Shown here: piece by piece, positions 49,601 through 61,752 of the stretch
How positions within the stretch are numbered: the stretch's first letter is position 1
Layout: each line of letters starts with the position of its first letter
Assembly: GCF_964355755.1 (NCBI RefSeq)
Contig: NC_092676.1
Coordinates: 4,193,888 to 4,257,887, forward strand
Length of the DNA stretch: 64,000 bases
Origin: Antedon mediterranea
Taxonomy: Eukaryota; Animalia; Echinodermata
Direction: 5' to 3'
Program-made: the position numbers and the translations under genes
Notes under the pieces: generated by a model
What the model was told of the DNA's origin: nothing
The model's input: only the letters and a program-made list of their open reading frames with translations
Databases searched by the model: none

Positions 49601-52581
49601 GACTACCACATCTTTAAATATACCTGGCCAATAGAATTGGTTCAGGATCCTACTTTTAGTTTTCTCAACACCCATGTGACCTGCAAATGGCACATTATGA
49701 CCTAAGTGTAATACACCCTGTCTACACTGAGTGGGTAATACAATCTGTTCCACTTGGTTATACTTATCTTTAATACTACTCCAATTTCTCATCAATATAC
49801 CTTGTCTCATAAAGAAACACACCCTATGCTGACCTATTTCTTCTATAGGGACTACCCTGTCAAACACTCCTTTGAGTGAGTCATCCTTAGTTTGCAATTT
49901 GATCAGTTCTTGTTTAGTTAGGTTCAGCTTGTGCTGTTGTTCATAAGTTTTACGTTTGACTGTTTTATCTTTAGCTTTATCCTCATTTTCGTCAAACAAA
50001 TTATTCATTTCTGTTCCATTCATATCATCTAAACACTTAGTTTTATTTACTTTGTTGTCATTTACTACTGTTTTCAACAATTGTACATTAGTTTCTTTAG
50101 GCGGCTCTTCTATCGGCTTAAAGTTACTATCTTTCCCTAACAATATCATTTCGTCTTGTATTCTAACATCATTTTCTATTCTGGCTTGCTCCCTAGTTAG
50201 GACGAACATTTCTTTAGCCATTGTTTCCCCACAATTCTGGTCCAAATCATGACCCAATAACATGTCCCTCTGTAATCCTTCGATTACGGCTACAATCACT
50301 TTTCCTGTCACTATCTTACTTTCTATAGCTACCTCAGCTAAGGGGACGGTAATATCGCCTCCTATACCTCTTAACGTAACCCATTTTCCTGGCAAGTAAC
50401 ATTTGTTAGGCACTAGACTTTCCTTAACAGCTGACTGGGTACATCCCGAGTCTCTAAGCATAGTTATATCCTGTCCTTCTAATTTTCCTGTTATTGTACA
50501 CTTCTCCATTTTATTTTCTACACTATCCATAACTACTTGGGGTCTATCTGATTTTATTTCTTCACATCTTAAGCCATCTTTCACATTCGGGCCCTTCTTA
50601 GTGTCACTAGTCTTTCCTTTTGCTACCATCTTAGGACAATCCCCTATTTTATGTCCCTTCTCCTTACAATTGAAGCATAGGCCATTAATCCATTCATTTG
50701 AAGGTTCTCTCTGTTGGAAATTTCTACCATAGTTATGGAATTTGCCTCCCCTTCCGTGATACCTATTGTATCCTTGCTGCCTAGCTCCAGGGTTATTCTG
50801 AGTCGTACTATTCTTAGGTTTACTATTTTCTTGGCCCTTATAATACGTAGGCTTATTTTCAGAATTTACGGCTTTCCAATAGCCACGGCCACCTCTATTA
50901 GCTATATAATCATCGGCTATCATAGCCATATCATAGCTCTTATTTACTTGTTTATCTCTAAGATAAAGCCTCAGATCTTCAGGCATTTTATCAAGTGCCT
51001 GTTCCATTATAATCATTTCAATAATGCCTGCAGCATCATCTTCTTTTACATTAGCACATTTCATCCAACATTTTAAATAATGGGAGAGCTCATTCAGCCA
51101 TTCCCTGATGGACATATCTTTAACTCTGTTTGAATTTCTAAATTTAAATCTGTAGGTCTCTGCGGACACATCATACTTTTCTAAGATTGCCTTCTTTAAG
51201 GTATCATAATCTACACATTCTTTTACGGTTAAGGATGCATATGCTGTCCTAGCTTTACCAGACAGTTCAGGTGCTAACCTAGCGGACCACGTATTCTTAT
51301 CCCAACCTGTGGCTTCTGCCAAGTGTTCAAATGTTCTAAAATATATATCAATATCATCTTATTCCTTCAAAGTAGGAACCTTTACCTTCATTTCATCTAC
51401 TATATTCCTAGCATTACTGTAGCTAGACCTATTTTCTAATTCCATCATTTTCACTCTTTCTTGTGATTCTATTTTCTTTTGCTCTATATCTGCTTTTAAT
51501 CTTAATTGGTCTTGTTGGTATTGTAATTCTAACTTTTTGTTTTCGGCCTCGAACTTCATTCGAAAATATTCGAGCATCATATCTTTAGGCATACCGCCGG
51601 GTATTTCGGGCAAATCAATATCCCTAGCCATTTTATCATATATTTCATTGACTTGGTCAACCTCTTCTTGGTCAACCATATCTTCCCTAGTATCTTTGTC
51701 TTGATTCCATTCAGATATGTAAAAATATGAAATCCACATAAATTTTTAAATGCAATACAATATAAGACATTAATTTACTTCAAAGTCACAAACAACGTTC
51801 CAAGTTCGCTCCGTACAAAAATTTACTTTCGAAATAAAAAAATAGTTTACAAAGTCAGCTTTGCAAATCTTCTCAAAATTTACTGGGCTTTCTTCTGTTA
51901 CTTCAGTCTTCTTCTTTTCTGATCTCGGTGAATATATATCTCCAATGAATATCCAGCAGTCTTGAGTAGGTACCTTGAGCTCAACAGTACTTCTTCTTCG
52001 TTGTAATATCCAAACAACGCACGGTATAAAAACTGTCAGGAATCCAGATCTTCGTAACCATTTAACTTTTTGGTTACTGATTTAACAGGCCCGTAGAGTA
52101 GGCACTGTCACTTCTTCTTCTTCTTCTTCTTGATACTTAAATCATGTATCTTAAACAAAAATTTTCACCGCTGCCACCATGTAGTGAATTTATCTTAGTT
52201 GGTTCCGAGCTTTCTCAGGCGTATATATTTCTACGCGACGTACACAGCTGTCACTGAATGATAACTCATACAAAAAGTATATTTAACTCAACTAGAACTT
52301 TTATTCCTTGAAATTCGATTAATACATCTTTCTACCACTACCAGTCAAGCCTAATATTTTCCTTATCATCTTTCCGTTTATCTACTCTGATCTTATTCTC
52401 CCTTCTCCTCTAATATCTATTACATTCTACTTTTATACTGGATATGCAAATTTTAGGCTTCAGAGGAGGATAACATTTTCCCTCCAAAAATTATACGATT
52501 TTGATTGGCTAATAATAAGGCGGACCTGGTCTAAAGCATCCTTCTCTAAACACAGAGAATTACAACATACCTAATATGACA
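46619..52581 (-). mobile_element. Gmr1-like Ty3/Gypsy LTR retrotransposon (PR-IN-RT-RH order)
   Basis: LTRs at 46619-47021 and 52180-52581 differ by 3 substitutions and 1 indel (by eye). TSD ATCAT; tRNA-Leu-type PBS TGGTGGCAGCGGTG; PPT AAAAAGGGGAA. Confidence 0.95.
47124..51739 (-). pseudogene. Gmr1-like gag-pol polyprotein, disrupted
   Basis: Capsid/SCAN-like gag, CFNCKEKGHKIGDC, LRDSGC protease, HHCC plus integrase core, then RT (YIDD) and RNase H. In-frame TAA at 51359, a frameshift near 47420, and the first integrase Asp replaced by Tyr (IAIYIVGP). Confidence 0.9.
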
Positions 52582-52916
52582 ATCATGAAATATATTGTCC
52601 TCCATAAAAAATAATTTTTTAACATTTTTGTATAGAATAGAATATGTAGAATATGCCATTTTAATGTCACATAATAGTCGGATTGAAACAACATTTATTT
52701 ACCAGAAAAAAATGTAATTTAATGCCAAAAATAGTCAAATTTGCTGAATTTTGTTATTTTAAAAGTGAAAACATTTTTTCAGTTCTTTTTCCCCAATGGA
52801 AGTAATTAACTTTATTAAAACTACAAATACAAAATAATTTATTCAAAGTCTGATTTTATTAATCTTCATTTTTCATGTTTTTGGGGGACAATAAATGTTT
52901 ACCTGATAATTTTCAG

Positions 52917-53031
52917 AGCCGATCACCAATGGACCAAAAACCCTTCCAAGAATATGAAGACAGGTGGCGCTAATTGGGCCCCACAACAGACGACGTCAAC
53001 AACGACATGGCCACAAGGACAACAATATATG
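52917..53031 (+). CDS. PICALM: PICALM-like exon (ADHQWTKNPSKNMKTGGANWAPQQTTSTTTWPQGQQYM)
   Basis: tttcag/gtaaga boundaries, phase 2-0, TGGxNW motif. Confidence 0.8.
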
Positions 53032-53742
53032 GTAAGATATAAATATAAGATCATATATTTTAGTATTACTGTTAAGCGTTTTACAGCATTTATGAAAGTC
53101 AATGTTCTAAAGATTGACGATTATGTTTTGTATCTGTACATACTGTATTGAATTGTTATTGGTTGGTTGGTTGTCCGACAAAATCGTAAACAGTTGATTG
53201 GTTGACAAAATTACAGACAATTGATTGGCTGATTTGATTGACTCAAGTTATAGTTTGATAGTCACACTGCTGATTGGTTGACAAAAGTATGAAGAGCTAA
53301 TTGTGTAACAAAGTTAAAGACAGTTGATTGGCCGGTTGAAACACAAAATCATAGACTTTTGATTGGTTGATAACATTGTAGACAGTTGATTGGCTAAATA
53401 GACAAGGCAGTTAATTTTGAAACAAGTCAAAGAAAGTTGATTGTCTGGTTGATTGAAACAAGTCAAAGAAAGTTGATTGGCTGAAATTATACACGGTCGA
53501 CAATACATCATTTACTACTATTGAATTGTTAATATGTTTTTTCAAGATGTTGTTTTCTTCCTATTTTCAATGCTTATCACAGGAGGTACAGTAATATTAT
53601 GGTTTCAAAACTAATTTACTCTTTAATCTAGTGTGTGACAATGTTTGTAGATAATTTGGGAGAATATAAATATAGGGGAGTCCTTTTATTATATAACCGC
53701 ATCATCAGTAGGCCCATCATCAACATCTTTAGCTTTATTGTA

Positions 53743-54053
53743 ATCATATCGTTAATGTCATCATCAGTATTGTCATCATCATCATCATCACCATCATTGT
53801 CACCATGATCATCATCATCGTCATCATCATCGTTATTGTCGTCGTTATTGTCGTCGTCATCATTATCTCCTTCATCATCATCATCATCACCATTATCATC
53901 ATCTTTATCATCATTATCATCACCATCATCTTTATCATCATCTTAATCATCTTCATCTTTTTCATCATCATCATATTCATCATCATTATCACCATCATCA
54001 TTATCACCATGATCTTCATCATCATCACCATCATCTTCATCAAATAACATCAT
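53743..54053. repeat. Degenerate (ATC)n microsatellite
   Basis: About 100 ATC-like triplets. Confidence 0.92.
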
Positions 54054-56399
54054 CTGACATTGTTTTGCCATTAAAGTGGAGGTGCTCTCAAAAAATTTCA
54101 CATTTTTATTTTATTCAGTTCATAATAAAGATTCTGTAAATCAGACTAGGCCTACAGCCCTCGAAATTGGGACGAAATGACCTCGGCAAAAAAAATGCCG
54201 ATGTAAACGAAGCCCACCTCGGCAACACGTCGGCATTTTTTTTGTTCAGCCCCCAAAGCTATTTTTAGTATTCAATCACACACACATTAACTGTACTGTA
54301 CCTAAAAATAGCTGTGTTGATAATGTACAGCGCATTTGCGGCGCGGCTTGCTCTCTAAATAATAACCACGCAAACAAACCACTCGGTTTTCAATCCCCAA
54401 TACAAGTTGGACTCTTCCATTCTCTCAGCCAAGTAACAAGAAGTCATGTGATTTGTCATGCCTCACTAAACTCACATCACACGACGATAGAGCTGAGCGT
54501 GGTTCGTTGTTGTTGTAAACGCCGGAGCGGTCGCTGGCCTCGCCTCTCTCTGTCCGGCCCTATCTTGTGTGTAAAATAAAACCAGTGTAGGCCTAGGCCT
54601 AATAATAACTCCAACGTACAAATATTTTAAGATATATTGAATTCACTTGTAACGAAGGTAAATTTAAAAAAAACAGTAATAGGCATAAAACTATTTATTT
54701 GCTGTGTATGTGGTAGCCTTGAGTTTACTCCAAGGCCTAAATCAATAAAAAGAGCCTCTGCAAATCAATGCCGTGGTAAGCTAGCAGGACCTCGGCATAA
54801 GTGTTCGTTTGATCGGATCGGACGTGGACGGATGTCTATTATTATGAGCAGGGAGGAGACGGAAATGATACACGTGTAGTTAGCGCGTCTCGTCAGCTCG
54901 AGCGATCCGAGAGATAAAGAGACGTGACGTAACATAACTAGGTAACGTGACCTCAACTAAGGTCATTACCTAACTGCTGAAAAAAATATACAGCGATTTT
55001 TCGATATTTTAAAAAAATTTTTTATTTTTCTGATTTCTCAGAAACTGCTTATTTTGATATGATTTTTTATGTTTGTACATACTAATATTAATATACTGAA
55101 GTAAATAACAGAAGGAAAAGCCCTGAGTACACCTCCACTTTAATATCATCCTTACACCTAAAATGTCATGATTTCATTAATAACATCATCATCATCATCA
55201 TCATCTAATATTATCACCAATATTGTCATTATTCTTGCAATATATTTCCATCATCTTATTAATATTATCATTATATTGTCATATCATCCTTCCTATTATT
55301 TATGACATCATAATCATTTAGAATCATTATCAATATTGTGAGTAGTAAACAGCATGGTTCATAGCCAACCATTTTGTGTCAATAAGCATGTTACATCTGA
55401 TGGTTTAAACTGTGTAAATATTGTAATTTTTACATTACACAATAATTAGAAATACTGTAAAAGTATTTTGTTCAGTGAAATTCTGAGTAGGATTTAATTA
55501 TGAACATTATTGCCATATTTGGCTAATTACAAATACTAATATTATCATTTTTTGATAACCCGTATCGCCCTAATTATATAAAAACACTATACCATTTGGA
55601 TAAACTTAGTATATCCCACAAGGCCCCACCACAGGAAGCTGAAAACATTATTGGATGCAACTATACAGTAGTCAAACACATGATTGCTAAACAAAAAAAT
55701 GATTATATTATTTCTTAATTTGTAGCAACATACTAGAAACAACTTTTATGTACAGCTCGCACCATTTAGTTTTATTTATTTATTTTTATTTTAATTCAAA
55801 TTATCACACAGGCACAAAATAAGAAAAACATAAAATAAACCATGACATTAAAAACGTAGCACTAACAAATTATATTTTTGTATATACAGTACTATAAACT
55901 CTTTACAAATGCATGTTTCAATATTATTATTTTTCTTTATGTTCTTCTTGTAATTTAGTATACCTTACATCTGTTATCCATCACTACGTATAAACATATG
56001 TTAGTAAGTTAGTTATTTTTTGTAAAATTCTGCATGAGTTCCACTTACATGTAATCCTGTTTTATTTACCTTTGACATTCTTAAAGGAGGGAATCCAGTC
56101 TCAGCCACCCAAGCCGGTAAGTAGACACACATATGGCCACTCTTCATACGGACCTCTTACTCGTCTTCGGGTTTTGAAAAATTATAATGTTTCGTTTTTC
56201 GGCATGCATGATGTACGAGATTTATTAGTTTTGATAACGTCACGGTGAAGAATTCATATTAATGGAATCAGATAGAATAGAAAACATCACATCATCATCA
56301 ATGTATTTACTGTAGTTTAATCATGACAACTGGTTGGGTATTGTAGTTGGTTTATAATTAATTCACTATACTGGCTTTGGTATAGCACTCTATCCAATA

Positions 56400-56573
56400 A
56401 AGTATAACATACTGGTAACATACTGAACTCCTATCTAATAATGGGTAACATACTGAACTCCTATCTCATATTAGGGGTAACATACTGAACTCTTATCTCA
56501 TAAAGTATAACATATTGAACTCCTATCTCATAAAGGGTAACATACTGAACTCCTATCTCATAAAGGGTAACAT
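56400..56573. repeat. 30-bp tandem repeat, about 5.5 copies
   Basis: GGGTAACATACTGAACTCCTATCTCATAAA. Confidence 0.85.
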
Positions 56574-57171
56574 TAACCGCTTAAAATAATCTTTGTAACA
56601 TCACCTATTTAGGAGATAATTTCCCATTAAAATGAACTAGAAGCGATATGTGTGCTAAAGGCATGACGGCCGTATTAAGGGTAAACTTTTGGTCCTGGAG
56701 TTGTCATATTAATACAGGTTGTACTGTATGAACATTTATACTTTATAACAGTGTGATCAATGATTATTAATAACATTAACATGTTTCATAATGGTGTTGA
56801 ATATAAATTTACAAAAAACATATTGATAAGTTTTAGTCATCTTATAATATATTCTAATATCATATACAAAATACATAATATTTTAGCCTATAATTATTTT
56901 AATATGTTTTATTTGTAATACGCTTCCATTGAGATCAGTGCTACTAAATCAACAGACATTTAGTATATGTTATATATGTATGTGACCCCTTCATTCAGAG
57001 ATGATGTCATGGTGACCTCTCCCCCCTCCCCCCCCATCCAAAAAAAACCCCTCTATTACTGAATAGTGTTCTATTCTCTATAGTTTAATGCAGGCTTTTT
57101 ATTGGCTTACATATCAAATTAATAGCAGAAAATATTTTAAACCTTCATTACATTTACTAAATATATATTTC

Positions 57172-57440
57172 TTCCCGTCGTCTTGTGCGGTTAAGGACTG
57201 TAAACTGTAGGTCAAATCTACACAAAAATGCTTGTGTACACTTTAAAGAACTTAGTACATCTTTCGAGACGAGTAGGGGGTCACCCCGGTGTACTAGTTC
57301 GCACTCAGCCACTGTGAGTAGGCTACCCAGTGTACTAGTACATCACAGCCACTGTGAGTAGGCTACTGGTCCCTCTAGGAGAACAGTCCTTGATTAAAGA
57401 GGTCACTTAGAGGTCACACAGTATAAAGAAGAAACAAAAA
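57172..57440 (+). mobile_element. SINE with a Deu/Nin-like central domain
   Basis: TTAAAGAAC..TTTCGAGACGAGTAGGGGGTCACCCCGGTGT resembles the DeuSINE core (recalled, not searched); decayed tRNA-like head and A-rich tail. Confidence 0.55.
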
Positions 57441-57548
57441 CTGGTTTTAATAACAAAATGTTAAAAATCAAACAATATATCTGTATACCATATCTATACA
57501 ACTGTTTATGGTTCTAGATTTGTATTTCCAGTACTTTGTTTCTATTAA

Positions 57549-58160
57549 AGAAACTAGACCTGCAATTTTTGACGTTTTCTAAAAATAATATATAACTATT
57601 ATTTTTAAAAACATTAAACCAGGTCATTTCTTTTCTTAAATGTGCGTTCTACGGTTAATTGTGATAAAAAGAGAAAAACAATGCACTACCTATAAGTAGC
57701 TCGGGTCGTAAGTTCTCTTGTGTAGACGTGTAGGCCTAGCTTAGTTAGGCTTAGATTTGTAGGCCTAGCTGGTAAAGAGCGGTAATGTACGAACATTGCT
57801 CGCTAGCTATAGGCCCAGCCTGACGTCCAGTTGCTAAATTAATTGTCTTTCCTTTTTTGGCAGAGAATTCGATAAAATAAATTGGAGAAGACCTGATATT
57901 TTTGCTGATAATTTACGGTTCTTTTATTTGGCTATTTTTCACGCGATCGGTTGAAGTGGGTACATACATCACAATATGAAAATATCAATCCGTGCGCAAT
58001 GCATGTTGGGATTTATAACCGGCCGCTAAAATGATTAGAATCAACTTATTTTCACATTTTTAACCGTTTAAAGATGAAGAAATATCGCAATAGGTCCATA
58101 TAATATTTGTGTGTAGTGTGTAACCTTAAATTAGGTCAAAGAGACATAGGGCTAGTGTCT
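57549..58160. mobile_element. Kolobok-like non-autonomous element
   Basis: TTAA|AGAAACTAGACC .. GGGCTAGTGTCT|TTAA. Confidence 0.6.
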
Positions 58161-60797
58161 TTAATTACAGTCTGGAGAATCTAATTTTCAAATTTACGTT
58201 GTTTTATTTTGATCAAATAAACTACTAGACTTTGTTTGAAATTTAAAGTTCGGATCTTGATGTGGCTTGCTTTGATTGCTATCACAGCAACGGATGTGTA
58301 TCATATCGCTAAAAGCAACTATAAATAATTTATGCAGCTACCAGGAAAGTGTTTGTTAATTCATATTAATCAAAGTACTGCAATGAAGGTACTGTTAGGA
58401 TAATAATTATGAATTATGATATGTTAAGGTAAACAATGGACTAATTATAATAATTCAAAAGCTTTCGTTCGTTATTGAATAAACTCTGTTAAGAATTAAC
58501 GATTAAGAAAAGAAAATACCAATAACAAAACTAAATTAAACAATATTTATATTATTAAAATTGACTTTTGAAAAAATGTAAAATGCAATTTAGGCTACAA
58601 CTTTTTTTTACTGTATTTAAAGATGTGTTGTCCCTGAAATTTATGAAAAATAAAGATTTATAAAATCAGACTTTTAATAGGCCATTTTACAGTTTTAATG
58701 AAGTTATTTAATTCCATATAAAACAAATATTTTGAAAGATAATACTGTATAAGTTTTTGTTCAATCAAATCTTCCAAACATGATTAAAACAATTTTTAAA
58801 GTTTATTTACAAATGATAACGTGTCAGAAATCTGGTAGTTAGTTTGAAATGTATTGACATAATAGAGTAAAAAAAGCCTAAAGAATAATCATAAAGTATA
58901 GGTTTAGACCTAAAAGCTATTTCTACTAGGACGTAACGCAAGAATGTGAGAACAACGCAAGTGAGTTGACCAATCACAAGTGACAGTTTGGATGATCCAT
59001 CGCGTCGTGATTGGTCAAATTACATATGTTGTGCTCACGTCCCTGTGTTCCATCCAAGTAGGAACCAAGTGTATGATATTAATATTAATAATAATTCAAA
59101 ATTATTGTTCAATTTTGCATTAAGGGTTTTATTCTAGCATGTCACTTTTAAACCTTTTTGTATTTGCAACAATTTCTATTTTATCCTTGTGTTTTTTAAC
59201 TTCTAGTATATTGTATGGCATATTGTATAAACTGCACATATATTAAATTGTGTGTTTATTTTTGTGCTATAATTATGATTTTTTTTTTAATATAATTTAT
59301 TTTTCTTTTTTTTTAAATTTCTTTTCTAATATTCTTAAATGTTTATAATGTTTTTTAGTTGTCAAATATTTAAATTTCTTTGATGTGACAGGGATGGGTG
59401 GGTGAAAACATTCTAAAATAGTATTATTTGTGTGCCTCTCTTGTTGAGAAATGGATTCTTTGCAGCTATGCAAACTACTTTAATTATTACCTCTATTATA
59501 GTGCATGGAAGGAATGGACCTATTCTCATTCCTCAGCAATATCTGCACATATTGTGTATTAAGAGTTATTTTAATCATTTTTTCAGTTATTGTGTGTGAT
59601 CATATTAATTTTATATCGAATATAATAATTTGTTAAGCCTTGAAAATAATCCTTTTTTTTTACTGTACTTTTAATCTTTCCTTTGTAATATTGAATATAA
59701 ATAAATTGATGTTAATATTAGTTCAAAGAAGTGATAACTATGATTTTAGTGAAATATTCAAGCATATTCAATTGCTTGTTTTTTACATTTTGTAGATGAA
59801 AATCCAGTACTGAATAAGATAAGGCAATATGATATAATGATAATATTACTAAAAATTATTTTTAAATTAATATTTTAATGTTTACTAAACCATTTAACAT
59901 CATGTAAAATAAAATTACAAGTCATCTACCACAAAAACTACTTTATATTCTACTAGTGCTTCTATTGTTACAATTACTTGTAGTTTGTTTGTTAATCAAA
60001 ATTAGTTTACTAGTATTTGGTACGTTTCATTGTTGTTGCAGGGAGGTCAGCCAGCTGATTGGAGATCAGGAGCTTTTTCTGGACAGTTTGTGGCACCTAA
60101 TCAACAAATGGTATGTCTCCTAAATAATGTCTAAATTCACAGTTTTGTAGATATAACAAAATAATAATAATTAATATATATCTTATTTCCTATATTCCTT
60201 TTGTCATGTAAATGTATTTGTACAATAAAGTTACAATGATTCAAAAGCCTCCCTTCGTTTGTTATTGAATAAAGTTTGACAATACCAATCAATTCAACAT
60301 AACAAAATAGATAAATTTATACAAATAGTGTTCATGATTTTAAAGTTATGTTGACACAAATATTTGTCCTGCACTGCCCCGCATTGAGTGCATTACAATG
60401 ATGTGGGAATTGTACTGTACGTGCCATTTTGTAGAAAGTTGCGGGACATTGCATGAAATACATGCCCAAACATCAATATTTACGCCTGCATTTATATTCC
60501 TGAACTGTGCAATGATACGCACCATGGTTGCAGCCGTGCATGTTATTATGGGAAATGACACGCATTTCTCGACTAGTTCATGACATGGGGTATAATAATT
60601 TGTGCATATTTTACGCTGGTTTTTTAGGTAATAGGTTGCCCATGTAGACCATGTGACCTAAGGTATAGTGTGTAAACTATTTGTGACAACATTAAATGGC
60701 ACACACTGAATGCGAAACAGTGAGGACAAAATGTGTGATAGTGTGAATGGGACATAAGTAATCATTATAATAAGTGTTGATTACTTCTTCATTTTAG

Positions 60798-60881
60798 GGA
60801 ATGAGAACAGGTATGGCATACAATGCAGCAGGAGCACAGCAAATACATAGACCACCAACACAGCAAAATACAGATCCATTT
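60798..60881 (+). CDS. PICALM: PICALM-like penultimate coding exon, ending ..QQNTDPF
   Basis: 84 nt, phase 0-0; joins cag|GGA AGT CTG TGA at 61912. Confidence 0.75.
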
Positions 60882-60914
60882 GTAAGTACGGCAGTCACCC
60901 ACAGAGCACTACAT

Positions 60915-61752
60915 AAGTAAGCGCCACAGTCCATTAAGCACCGCAGTCCAGTAAGCGCTGCAGTCCAGTCAGCGCCACAGTCCAGTAAGCAGTCATCCCA
61001 GTAAGCGCCGCAGTCTAGTAAACGCCGCAGTCTAGTAAGCGCCGCAGTCTAGTAAGTAGTCTAGTAAGCGCCGCAGTCCAGTAAGCGCCGCAGTCCAGTA
61101 AGCGCCGCAGTCCAGTAAGCGCCACAGTCCAGTAATCGCAACAGTCCAATAAGCGCCACAGTTCAGTAATCGCAACAGTCCAATAAGCGCCACAGTTCAG
61201 TAAGCGCAACAGTCCAGTACGCACCACACAAGTAAGTGCCACAGTCCACAAAGTGCCACCGTCCAGTAAATGCTGCAGTCTAGTACGCACCACACAAGTA
61301 AGCGCCACAGTCCACAAAGTGCCACCGTCCAGTAAACGCCGCAGTCTAGTAAGCTCCTCAGTCCAGTACGCACCACACAAGTAAGCGCCACAGTCCACAA
61401 AGTGCCACCGTCCAGTAAACGCCGCAGTCTAGTAAGCTCCTCAGTCCAGTACGCACCACACAAGTAAGCGCCACAGTCCACAAAGTGCCACCGTCCAGTA
61501 AGCGCCGCAGTCCAGTAAGTGCCACAGTTCAGTAAGCGCAACAGTCCAGTACGCACCACACAAGTAACCGCCACAGTCCACAAAGTGCCACCGTCCAGTA
61601 AATGCCGCAGTCTAGTAAGCGCCACAGTCCAGTAAGCGCCACAGTCCAGTAAGCGCCGCAGTCTAGTAAGCGCCACAGTCCAGTAAGCGCCACAGTCTAG
61701 TAAGCGCCACAGTCCACAAAGTGCCACAGTCTAGTAAGCGCCGCAGTCCAGT
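60915..61752. repeat. 17-bp minisatellite with an 83-bp higher-order repeat
   Basis: Monomer GTAAGCGCCGCAGTCCA; the block GTCCAGTACGCACCACACAA recurs at 61361 and 61444. Confidence 0.9.

Noticed and set aside
53744-54047. Poly-Met and poly-Ile ORFs
   Set aside because: Translations of an (ATC)n microsatellite
54150-54980. GC-richer island with partial inverted ends (CAG..AATGACCT)
   Set aside because: Probably an old DNA transposon, but the TIR match is weak and no TSD was found
61015-61727. Leu/Cys/Trp-rich ORFs
   Set aside because: Translations of the 17-bp minisatellite
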